A stretch of DNA of 64,000 nucleotides from a virus (lineage: Duplodnaviria > Caudoviricetes). How positions within the stretch are numbered: position 1 is the first letter of the stretch; each line of letters starts with the position of its first letter. The DNA lies in the IMG/VR virus record IMGVR_UViG_3300011116_001227; one strand, written 5' to 3'. A model generated the notes under the pieces. It ran no database searches, was not told the origin of the DNA, and worked only from the letters and a program-made list of their open reading frames with translations. The translations under genes were made by a program, and so were the position numbers. Positions 18,273 through 26,171 of the stretch are shown here, in pieces.

Positions 18273-19265
18273 TCAAACTTTAGGGAAATGTTGCAGTAGA
18301 TCTGTACCTTTCGACTTAGCTTCATCGAGATACTTCAGAGGGTTATAGTTCTTAGATGAATTTGAAGAAATCCAATCGTAAGTCGCCTTGACGCCGCCCT
18401 CCAAGTCAAGCTTCGGAGACCAGCCAATTTGCTTTCTGACCTTGGCAGATGACAGTCTGTGGTTTCCGAGATAATCAGTCTTTGGATACCAGCGGACGAT
18501 TTTTTCTACGTTTTTCCCGACAACACGAGAAACAAGATTCATGATCTCTGCGGCGGTGTGAGGTGTCTCAGCTGCGACGTTAAAATCAGTACCCCAACCA
18601 TCCTTGCTCTCACAGATCATCGACACGGCTTCACAGTAATCGGACACGTGGAGATAATCCTTGATCTTCGCGGGGTCTAAGAAGATGTCAACAGAATCTT
18701 TGTTCTGCAAGGATGCATAGATACTCTTGGCGATGAGTGAATTCATGTCACCCTCGTCACCAAAAGCGAAGAGAGGACGCACCACAGACCAGCGTTTTGC
18801 CATGCTGGTGATGATCTGTTCACCTGCAAGCTTCTGCACGCCATAATAAGTGAGAGGCTTTCTAGCTGAGTCTTCAAAAATCTGCTGATTCTGGTAGGAA
18901 GGCGTGTCATAAATCACGGTGGTACCCATGTAGCACACGCCGGCACCAGCTGCGTTAGCTGCTCTAACAATATTGTAAGAACCGTGCACGTTGCTCAGCG
19001 TCGCTTCTGCGGGATTGAGAGCAACCACGTCTGTTCCCACAACGGCTGCATTGTGCACAACAACATCAACCCCGTATTTTTTAAAAGCTCTTGACCAAAC
19101 GTCTTCTGAATTTCGGTGCACACACACTTCACCCGTTTTTGGTAACGTAAGCATGTTGTCTCCAATTAGATCAGCATCCGATAGAATCGAGTGACCTCGA
19201 GCAATCAGCTTCTTCTTCAAATGTCTAGCAATAAATCCTGCACCACCCGTAATGTAAAAACGCAT
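18273..19265 (-). CDS. NAD-dependent epimerase/dehydratase (extended SDR) 3
   Basis: FYITGGAGFIA, HNAA, YGVQK; ATG at 19265 with GGAGG SD. Confidence 0.85.
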   Translation of the reverse strand: MRFYITGGAGFIARHLKKKLIARGHSILSDADLIGDNMLTLPKTGEVCVHRNSEDVWSRAFKKYGVDVVVHNAAVVGTDVVALNPAEATLSNVHGSYNIVRAANAAGAGVCYMGTTVIYDTPSYQNQQIFEDSARKPLTYYGVQKLAGEQIITSMAKRWSVVRPLFAFGDEGDMNSLIAKSIYASLQNKDSVDIFLDPAKIKDYLHVSDYCEAVSMICESKDGWGTDFNVAAETPHTAAEIMNLVSRVVGKNVEKIVRWYPKTDYLGNHRLSSAKVRKQIGWSPKLDLEGGVKATYDWISSNSSKNYNPLKYLDEAKSKGTDLLQHFPKV

Positions 19266-19365
19266 GTCTCCTCCGATGCAGAGCATTATAACAAAAAAAG
19301 CGACCAAATACAAGGTCACTTTTTTATAGATCTCGAGATTTTGAGAATGAATTACAAGCTAAAAA

Positions 19366-19632
19366 TCACATCATGTATTCTTTAAACAGCTCGGCCAATC
19401 CGTCCCGCGCGAAGTCTTTTGCTTCTTCACTGTCATACTCCTCGGCGATAGCATTCTGCTCTATGTTCATACGCAAAGATTCTAAAGCAGCTTTTGCTGC
19501 GTCTATTTTAGTAATATCTGCAAGTGATCCTAAAGCAAGTCTGCCTGGAGTTAAAGTGTCGTCGCCCTCGTTGAGAACCTTTGAGACCTCTTCTGCAATG
19601 ATCTTGCGGAGTTGTGATGATGTTAATTTCAT
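19366..19632 (-). CDS. Small protein with MKLTSSQLRKIIAEE leader
   Basis: Leader nearly identical to those of 33745..34020 and 26172..26774; ATATTTAA motif upstream (19658-19665). Confidence 0.7.
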   Translation of the reverse strand: MKLTSSQLRKIIAEEVSKVLNEGDDTLTPGRLALGSLADITKIDAAKAALESLRMNIEQNAIAEEYDSEEAKDFARDGLAELFKEYMM

Positions 19633-19698
19633 TATTTATCCTAAGTGACTATTGATTTTAAATATAAGTCAATGCTGCTTTAATCTTTTCTGCAATAT

Positions 19699-19727
19699 AA
19701 AAATGGCGACTATTTTCATAGTCGCCA
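19699..19727 (-). terminator. Rho-independent terminator
   Basis: Perfect 10-bp stem TGGCGACTAT/ATAGTCGCCA, 4-nt loop, T5 tract on the minus strand. Confidence 0.8.
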
Positions 19728-19940
19728 AGGTGTTTTTAACTTCAGTTTTTAATCAGCAACAGACGCAATGATTAAAGTTTGTAGATTTTAATTTATTACT
19801 TTATCTCGTAGTTCTATAAAGAAGAACGTCATCGAGCTCTTTTTATCTTTTTAAAACTTAATCTTGCGTTTAAATACTCCAATTCAACTCTTTACACCCA
19901 TAACTAATTATAGAGTTTGTTGGAATTTATCAACTAATCA

Positions 19941-20414
19941 TCACTCAATTTCTTTGTCATACGGCTCGTAAAGCATCTCACCTTCAGACTTACAGCGTTC
20001 CAGGTAGTCCTCGAGCTCTTCAAAAGAAGTACACACACGCGAGCCTGATCTTGACAACATGAGATTAAACTTTGCTCCGGCAGGAAGTCCTGCGCAGAAA
20101 TAGATAATGTGCTTATCAAAAGCAGTGGCATATCCACATTCCATGATTGTGCCAAGATCCTTGTCACGTGTATTCACCACGAGAAAGTCGGCCTCGCGAA
20201 TGTGCTTTAGGTTCCCCTGATAGGTTGCATCTTGAACCTCTCGAGATGCATTAGGGGGACAGATAAAGATCCTTCGAGGAGACGCCATATCAATCCAGTC
20301 CTTGCGTGCCTCCATGATCTGCTCAAGTCTTGTAAGCTCTGCATCCTGTACAGGATTAAACCATCCGGCTGCAAGATACATCTTCAGAGTACGTCCAAAC
20401 TTATTCTCACTCAT
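19941..20414 (-). CDS. Nucleoside 2-deoxyribosyltransferase / 5'-NMP N-glycosidase (NDT, MilB, DNPH1-like)
   Basis: YLAAGWF, HIREAD, DLGTIMECGYA (catalytic Glu) motifs. Confidence 0.8.
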   Translation of the reverse strand: MSENKFGRTLKMYLAAGWFNPVQDAELTRLEQIMEARKDWIDMASPRRIFICPPNASREVQDATYQGNLKHIREADFLVVNTRDKDLGTIMECGYATAFDKHIIYFCAGLPAGAKFNLMLSRSGSRVCTSFEELEDYLERCKSEGEMLYEPYDKEIE

Positions 20415-20444
20415 TATTGTGTCCTTTCAATCGCTCGATTTCTA

Positions 20445-20473
20445 ATAGTAGACTATACTTGTCAATTGAACAA
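20445..20473 (-). promoter_or_regulatory. sigma70-like promoter
   Basis: TTGTTC-N17-TACTAT upstream of 20414. Confidence 0.5.
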
Positions 20474-20528
20474 GAATCAGATTTCGCGATGTTTTCATGC
20501 AATTAGTACTAAATAGTACTAGACAAGT

Positions 20529-21509
20529 TCACTTGTTTGACTTCCAGTTATTGTGCTCAGACTTGAGCTTATCAAACTCAGAAATACCTGAATTCCAATG
20601 CTGAAGGAACTTTCTCTGTGGGCCATCTCCGTGAGTACCATTTAGCTCTTCGCGGGTGCACTGGTAGATTGTATCCTCGGGATGGTACTCGAACTTATCA
20701 TTCTTTGGAATGGGCCAGTATAGGTTTGTGCCGCGGGACACGAACTTATCACCCTCCTTCACGCGGAAGGTCTTGATGTAGTGCATGTCGGGCTTGTTGA
20801 AGTCCACCATCGTGGTGAACTCCGGAATAACCTTGGCAACCTCGACTGCCATTCTTACCGCAAGCAGGTTGTCACTAGATGTTTGAATTTGAGAATCTTG
20901 ACGCTGATAAATGAAGCCCACCAGGTCCTTGAGCGAAAGACGCATATAGTAGAACGAGGTCATGCACTTAGGAAGAATGAGTCGTGCGTCCATCATAGAC
21001 ACGACCTTGGAATCAGTCATATCAGCGTAGAGCTGCTTGGACTCTTCGACAAGCTTCTTCCATCTCGCCAAGAACTCAGGTGAATTCTCTACGGGCTCAG
21101 GAATGACTGCATCGTCGTCGCGGAGGTCGCGATCGCCGGTGCACTGTGCAGCAAAAGTGCCAGCACGGTGGCGGATGATGTGTGTCACCTCTTGGAAAGA
21201 CATACCGCTCAGACGGAATGTGAAACCGAGACATTCCATGGGAGCCGGAAGTGTTCGTCCACCAAAGACGTCCTCCAGGTTCTTAGACAGATCATGATCT
21301 GATGCTGACTCGGGATGGATGTCAGGTCTATCTGCCCAAGTTGCCTTAACATAATGCCAAGCCACGTTCCAAGCTTGCTGTCGCGTCGGATGGTCGACAA
21401 GCTCGATCTTTAGTGCATCGATGTTGTTGAGGAAGTTGGTCTTGACTGGTCGTCCGAACTTTAATTCCATGGGTAGTTCAATCGGCTGTAGGTCTTTATT
21501 AATGGGCAT
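20529..21509 (-). CDS. Divergent flavin-dependent thymidylate synthase (ThyX)-like protein
   Basis: ME..FTFRLSG.S...HIIRHR, DARLILP and FIYQR motifs; catalytic RHR-x7-S appears as RHRAGTFAAQC. Confidence 0.75.
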   Translation of the reverse strand: MPINKDLQPIELPMELKFGRPVKTNFLNNIDALKIELVDHPTRQQAWNVAWHYVKATWADRPDIHPESASDHDLSKNLEDVFGGRTLPAPMECLGFTFRLSGMSFQEVTHIIRHRAGTFAAQCTGDRDLRDDDAVIPEPVENSPEFLARWKKLVEESKQLYADMTDSKVVSMMDARLILPKCMTSFYYMRLSLKDLVGFIYQRQDSQIQTSSDNLLAVRMAVEVAKVIPEFTTMVDFNKPDMHYIKTFRVKEGDKFVSRGTNLYWPIPKNDKFEYHPEDTIYQCTREELNGTHGDGPQRKFLQHWNSGISEFDKLKSEHNNWKSNK

Positions 21510-21581
21510 AATTTCTCCAAATATGAGTTGTAGTCTTCAATTATTGTCTATGAGAGGATCAAAGTACAATTGCAATCTTCA

Positions 21582-22523
21582 TCAAAGAATATGGGCAATC
21601 TTATCGATTACGTCTTCATTTTCTTCGACGTAGATAATTCCTCTAACATTTTTTACTTCTTCGTTGTATGATTTTTTAGGAACTACGCATATGACGCCGT
21701 GCTTTGCGTATTCTGACGCATGTTTAGCTGAATCATCTACAGCAAATAATTTTGCAGTCTTATAGAAGTCTTGTCCCGCGAGCCAAGCAAATTTTTCTGG
21801 CGTGAATACTACGTCATCTGCAGGAATCTTGTTGAGGTGCAGCCACGCGTATGTATCGTAAAAGCAAGTTAGATTTTGTGAATCTCTTGCTGTAACTATC
21901 TGCACCCAGTATCCCTTCTGTTTTAAAGCAATTAAGAAGTTGTAGTACTTCTTGCTGAGCTCTAGACGCAAAAATCCATGGTCTTCGATGAATTTCTTAA
22001 AAAAGAATTCGCTGTTTAAACCATGCTCTTTAAACTTCACTGTGTTGTAATATTCTGGACAATACGGGTCCATGAATATTCCTGTTTGATCTGTAACATA
22101 TTTACAGAATTCATTTCTAAACTCTGCCAACACATCGTCGATGTCAAACAAAACGATGGGTTCTCCTGACCACTTCTTGTCTCGAAGTTGGTGTCTGTAA
22201 TGAAGATAATGATCTTTCTGTTCAAGAGCTGACGTCAATTGTTCTGAAGTAAGATTCCATAAATTTGCAATTGCCAAGATGTAACGATACGCGTCAGCAG
22301 ACTTATACAAGATCTTTTGCAGATCTGTTTCTCTTGCTTCTCTGCGATGTTCTTTGTAGTTGACAGCACTGCACAAATCTGTAATCTCGGAGTGAAGTGC
22401 AAGACTTAAAGTTTTAAACTCTTCGATCTTCTGTTCGTCAGTTAACTCAGATGAATTATAAAAGTAATTTGAAAAAGTCTTTTGCGTTCTCAACGCATCA
22501 ACAAGGTAATTCCAGTTAGACAT
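21582..22523 (-). CDS. All-alpha NTP pyrophosphatase (MazG/dUTPase-like, degenerate) fused to HAD 5'-nucleotidase
   Basis: N-term ALHSEITDL...YKSADAYRY; C-term FDIDDVL (DxD), VTAR, AVDDS. Confidence 0.7.
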   Translation of the reverse strand: MSNWNYLVDALRTQKTFSNYFYNSSELTDEQKIEEFKTLSLALHSEITDLCSAVNYKEHRREARETDLQKILYKSADAYRYILAIANLWNLTSEQLTSALEQKDHYLHYRHQLRDKKWSGEPIVLFDIDDVLAEFRNEFCKYVTDQTGIFMDPYCPEYYNTVKFKEHGLNSEFFFKKFIEDHGFLRLELSKKYYNFLIALKQKGYWVQIVTARDSQNLTCFYDTYAWLHLNKIPADDVVFTPEKFAWLAGQDFYKTAKLFAVDDSAKHASEYAKHGVICVVPKKSYNEEVKNVRGIIYVEENEDVIDKIAHIL

Positions 22524-22526
22524 GTA

Positions 22527-22892
22527 TCAATAACCGCTCTTTAGACGCTGAACATTAATTGCACCCTTCTTCATAAAAGCTTCGTGCAATTCTTCAGAAG
22601 AAATTCCACTATAAATGACGATGCCAAAGAAGTAGTGTAATGCGTCTACGAGCTCTTCTTTGTAAGATTCTCTATCGAATTCTTTGACTTCTGTCACGCG
22701 ATGATTCTTGCTGTTCTTCAAGAGATGATTAGCTTCAAAAAGCTCGTGCATACATTCGTGAGCTAATCCTTTTAAAATTTGTTGATTCTTCTTTTCTTTT
22801 AAATCGAGAGGAAAATCCGGGTAACCTCTATCGTCCCTTAACAAATAATTAAAGTCACGTTGTTGATTGTACATCTCATCAAGTTTATCCAT
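22527..22892 (-). CDS. All-alpha NTP pyrophosphatase (dimeric dUTPase/dCTPase, MazG-like)
   Basis: HECMHELFEA...KEELVDALHYF acidic metal-binding motifs; ATG at 22892 with GAGG SD. Confidence 0.8.
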   Translation of the reverse strand: MDKLDEMYNQQRDFNYLLRDDRGYPDFPLDLKEKKNQQILKGLAHECMHELFEANHLLKNSKNHRVTEVKEFDRESYKEELVDALHYFFGIVIYSGISSEELHEAFMKKGAINVQRLKSGY

Positions 22893-22966
22893 GCAAACCT
22901 CTTGTGTTATTTTAAACCCGACAACACTCAAAGTACAATACAAGTTGATTATAATAATTACAAATT

Positions 22967-23491
22967 ATGAAAAAGAACGAATTCAAAAAGCTGCTAGAGA
23001 TATTCGGAGAACCTATTGGTAGGTACGCAGGCGATGCTCCCGAAGGCGTAAGAAATGAGCCTGTCATTTGTCCTGTCTGCAAAATGATGTTTGTAGACAA
23101 AAAATGCGGCTGCGAAGACTCGAACGACGTATGTCCAACGTGCGGCATGATGCCAGTTGACGGCAAATGCGGATGTGTCAAAGAATCAGTTGAAAACACT
23201 TCTTGCTCTTGCCACGAATCAGACGAAATAAATAAAGAACCCTGCGAGGAGTGCGGCTTAATTGAATTTAATCCACAACCAGAACCTCCCGGTGTAGATA
23301 AAGATTCAGATAAAATAAGTGAAAGTAAAAAGAAGAAGGGTCCAAGCAAGAAAACTGCAAAGAAAATTCTTCGTGGAACAAAGACCTTTGCACAAAAAAT
23401 GAAAAAAGTTTCAGGTTGGGCAGAAGATCCAGCAGCTGCTGCAGCATGGATGATGCATAAGGCTACAGGGAAATGGCCTTCAGAAAAATGA
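22967..23491 (+). CDS. Cysteine-rich (12 Cys) protein with basic C-terminus
   Basis: CPVC..CGC, CPTC..CGC, CSC, CEEC; ATAATTAC motif upstream on the + strand; coherent protein-like composition. Confidence 0.65.
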   Translation: MKKNEFKKLLEIFGEPIGRYAGDAPEGVRNEPVICPVCKMMFVDKKCGCEDSNDVCPTCGMMPVDGKCGCVKESVENTSCSCHESDEINKEPCEECGLIEFNPQPEPPGVDKDSDKISESKKKKGPSKKTAKKILRGTKTFAQKMKKVSGWAEDPAAAAAWMMHKATGKWPSEK

Positions 23492-23503
23492 TTTAATTAC
23501 GCC

Positions 23504-24148
23504 TCATTTACCATGGGGCTTATTTTCTTGAACACCTTGTGGGGTCACTGTGACAAATCTAGCCTTACCCCGCAACTCCCTGATGGTCCGGGCTCCTGAA
23601 TAGGATAACCCGGACCGAATTCCGTCTAGCATCTCTGTTATCGTTGTCCTCATGGATCCCTTGTAAGAAATCATTGTCGATTCACCTTCGACGACTGAAA
23701 CACGGCCTCTCCAACTCATCTGAGCTTCCTTCGAAGCCATGCCTCGGAACTTCTTAAACAATGGAACACCGGCATGAGGCTTGGTCTTATATGTCATGCC
23801 CTTTTCATCCACAAGCTCACCTGGGGATTCATCATGACCGGCAAGGATCGAACCTAACATGAGCATGTCGGCTCCGGCTGCCAAAGCCTTTACAGCATCT
23901 CCGCTATTCCTAATTCCACCGTCAGCAATAAGGTAGACATCCCTATCTGACTTGCCACAATCCATCACAGACTGCAGGGTTGGAATTCCATGTCCTGTAC
24001 GGATCCGAGTAGAACACATGGAATTGTGAACAACATATCCTTCTGCAACATATGAGCTATTGTCTTCAACAGTAAGGTCATGAACTTTATGACCTTCACT
24101 ATGGAATGTTTCAACACTTTTGACAGAATGCAGTTTGAATTTTTTCAT
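23504..24148 (-). CDS. guaB: C-intein + C-terminal half of IMP dehydrogenase/GMP reductase
   Basis: 42-aa IntC ending VVHN followed by SMCSTR, IADGGI, GSILAG, FRGMAS, VEGES, GLSYSGA. Confidence 0.9.
   Translation of the reverse strand: MKKFKLHSVKSVETFHSEGHKVHDLTVEDNSSYVAEGYVVHNSMCSTRIRTGHGIPTLQSVMDCGKSDRDVYLIADGGIRNSGDAVKALAAGADMLMLGSILAGHDESPGELVDEKGMTYKTKPHAGVPLFKKFRGMASKEAQMSWRGRVSVVEGESTMISYKGSMRTTITEMLDGIRSGLSYSGARTIRELRGKARFVTVTPQGVQENKPHGK
24023..24148 (-). mobile_element. Split intein C-fragment (42 aa)
   Basis: MKKFKLHSVKSVETFHSEGHKVHDLTVEDNSSYVAEGYVVHN/S. Confidence 0.9.
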
Positions 24149-25217
24149 ATGTTTCTTTTATCAGTTGAATTGCTTTTTCAAAATCAACTTTTCTCAGTTT
24201 ATCTTCTTTTATTCTAACAAGATGATATCCATTGTTCATTGCAATCTTGTTTTTTATAAGATCTGTTTTTCCATCAGATTTTTCTTTGTGAAAATAATAA
24301 CCATCATACTCAACAAGAAGCTTTTCACCGACCAAAATATCAAAAACCCTACCCCGGAGAGGGAATTGGCTTTTTACATTATCATTTCCAAATTCGTCAA
24401 CACACATTTGGAAAAGTTTAAGCTCTGGTGCAGAAATAACTTTTTCATATTTTCCTTTTAAGAAAATATCTTTTATTTCTTGTTTCGATTTAATGCCATG
24501 ATATAAAGCTAACTTTTTTAATGTTCTTACATCAATTCCACAGTCTTTCTTTAAGTCTGCAACTCCATATCCAAATTTAGAGTTTTTTGAGTAACACTCA
24601 AGTAGATTACAAATCTTCTCTTTTGTCAACCCAACCTCTTCATATTTTTTGATGGTCAAAAATTTATGATTTTTAGCATGCCAATCCTTACGGCTTTTAT
24701 TAGCTTTTTCTATAGACTCTTTAGAATGTTTTTTTCCATAAAATCCATTCTTCGAACCCATACAAACATCACTCATGTTTTTTGAATAATTGTCTTTAAT
24801 TTTTTCAAATTCTTCTTGAGAATATTTCTCTTTCCAAATTTCCTGGATCGGCTTTCCATACATCGGGTTTTTATTACCCGAATATTTCTCAGATCTGCTT
24901 TTTTTATAATCTTTTAGCCAGTCAGGATCAACACTTTCTGACCATTTTTTGCCATAAAACGGATTTTTTTCTCCAATTTTATTACAACTCTGACATGACC
25001 AACTTTTAGTATACAAAAATGTGTTAAAAAATTTTCTTGATTCTTTTAGTTTATCACATTGAACACAAAAAATTTGATAACACGAAATTTGTTTCTTGTC
25101 AAACTTTTTTTGACATTCCGTAATAAAAAAACATTTTCTTCCTTGTTTTTCTAGTCCGACAACTCTATATTGATTATCTCCAACAAAAACTATTCTTTTT
25201 GAAAATTCTTGGTGCAT
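24111..25217 (-). CDS. Free-standing homing endonuclease (NUMOD3 repeats + Vsr/DUF559-like nuclease)
   Basis: NPFYGKK, NPMYGK, NGFYGKKHS repeats; C-term SAPE..FDI..VEYDGYYFH..D..KN....GY.LVRI; AT-rich. Confidence 0.85.
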   Translation of the reverse strand: MHQEFSKRIVFVGDNQYRVVGLEKQGRKCFFITECQKKFDKKQISCYQIFCVQCDKLKESRKFFNTFLYTKSWSCQSCNKIGEKNPFYGKKWSESVDPDWLKDYKKSRSEKYSGNKNPMYGKPIQEIWKEKYSQEEFEKIKDNYSKNMSDVCMGSKNGFYGKKHSKESIEKANKSRKDWHAKNHKFLTIKKYEEVGLTKEKICNLLECYSKNSKFGYGVADLKKDCGIDVRTLKKLALYHGIKSKQEIKDIFLKGKYEKVISAPELKLFQMCVDEFGNDNVKSQFPLRGRVFDILVGEKLLVEYDGYYFHKEKSDGKTDLIKNKIAMNNGYHLVRIKEDKLRKVDFEKAIQLIKETYEKIQTAFCQKC

Positions 25218-25250
25218 AAGGTTTCACCCCCTATGCCTAAATATATCGAA

Positions 25251-26153
25251 TCAAATAATCTCTACTAAGGAATAGTTTTCATTTAAATCGGCAGCAGGAA
25301 TCCATTTCGCGAATTCATGAATATTTTCATCATTGACATTGGGAATATCTTTGTTTTCAACCACATATATTTCATGATTTAGAGTACATGTTAATGAATT
25401 GTTAATCTTTACAAGAAGATCTGCAAAAGGTCTTTCAAAAAGATTGATTACTTCTTTTACTTCACCTGTGTGAGTTAAAACAGAGTCACCAACTTTCACA
25501 GTCTCAATTGATTTTTTCGTACCATCGGACATAGTAATTGAAGTTCCAGGAATAAAACACCCGCCCCCGACACCGACGCGGATCGATGAAGAACCCCAAT
25601 CAGCAAGGTCATTGAATGCCTCCAGGGTAGCAACGTTTCCGGTCATGATGTGAATATCATTCCCGAACTTGTTCCTCATCAACGTCAATGCAGATTTCAC
25701 GGATGAATGATGGCCGTGGGCGACATCAATACAGAAAGCTTGACATCCGACGTTGTGAAGAGCAGTGGCCCTTTCTAGAAAATCTCCAGTTGCACCAACG
25801 GCAATCATAACATTTGGAATCATTCTTTCAGGTGTCACCCTTAACTCGTTGACCTTGAGGAATGCCTTGACCGCTTCATCGATCGTACAATACCGATGAA
25901 GAATACCAAAGCCACCCAACTCATCAAGCAGAGCGGCGGCAGTTGGACCTATGACAGTATCCATCGGAGATCCTACGATCGGACAAGAAAGAACTGGGTG
26001 TGTCGGGGTCAGGCTTGCCGTGGTCTCATCTAGGCCGGTAACACTAAGATTCACATTTGAACGTGTCTCAATATCAGAATACTGAGGAGTCAAAAGGACA
26101 TCATCAAAACAGAGAGTTCGCTGCATGCCTCGATCGTACTCCAAAAGAGGCAT
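25251..26153 (-). CDS. guaB: N-terminal half of IMP dehydrogenase/GMP reductase (no CBS domains) + N-intein
   Basis: FDDVLLTP, SPMDTV, GILHR, IDVAHGH, GNVAT, IRVGVGGG then CFIPGT. Confidence 0.9.
   Translation of the reverse strand: MPLLEYDRGMQRTLCFDDVLLTPQYSDIETRSNVNLSVTGLDETTASLTPTHPVLSCPIVGSPMDTVIGPTAAALLDELGGFGILHRYCTIDEAVKAFLKVNELRVTPERMIPNVMIAVGATGDFLERATALHNVGCQAFCIDVAHGHHSSVKSALTLMRNKFGNDIHIMTGNVATLEAFNDLADWGSSSIRVGVGGGCFIPGTSITMSDGTKKSIETVKVGDSVLTHTGEVKEVINLFERPFADLLVKINNSLTCTLNHEIYVVENKDIPNVNDENIHEFAKWIPAADLNENYSLVEII
25254..25559 (-). mobile_element. Split intein N-fragment (102 aa)
   Basis: GGG/CFIPGTSITMSDG..KSIE.VKVGDSVLT...TCTLNHEIYV...WIPAADL, ends at a stop codon. Confidence 0.9.
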
Positions 26154-26171
26154 GCTTTACAAACTAAAAGT

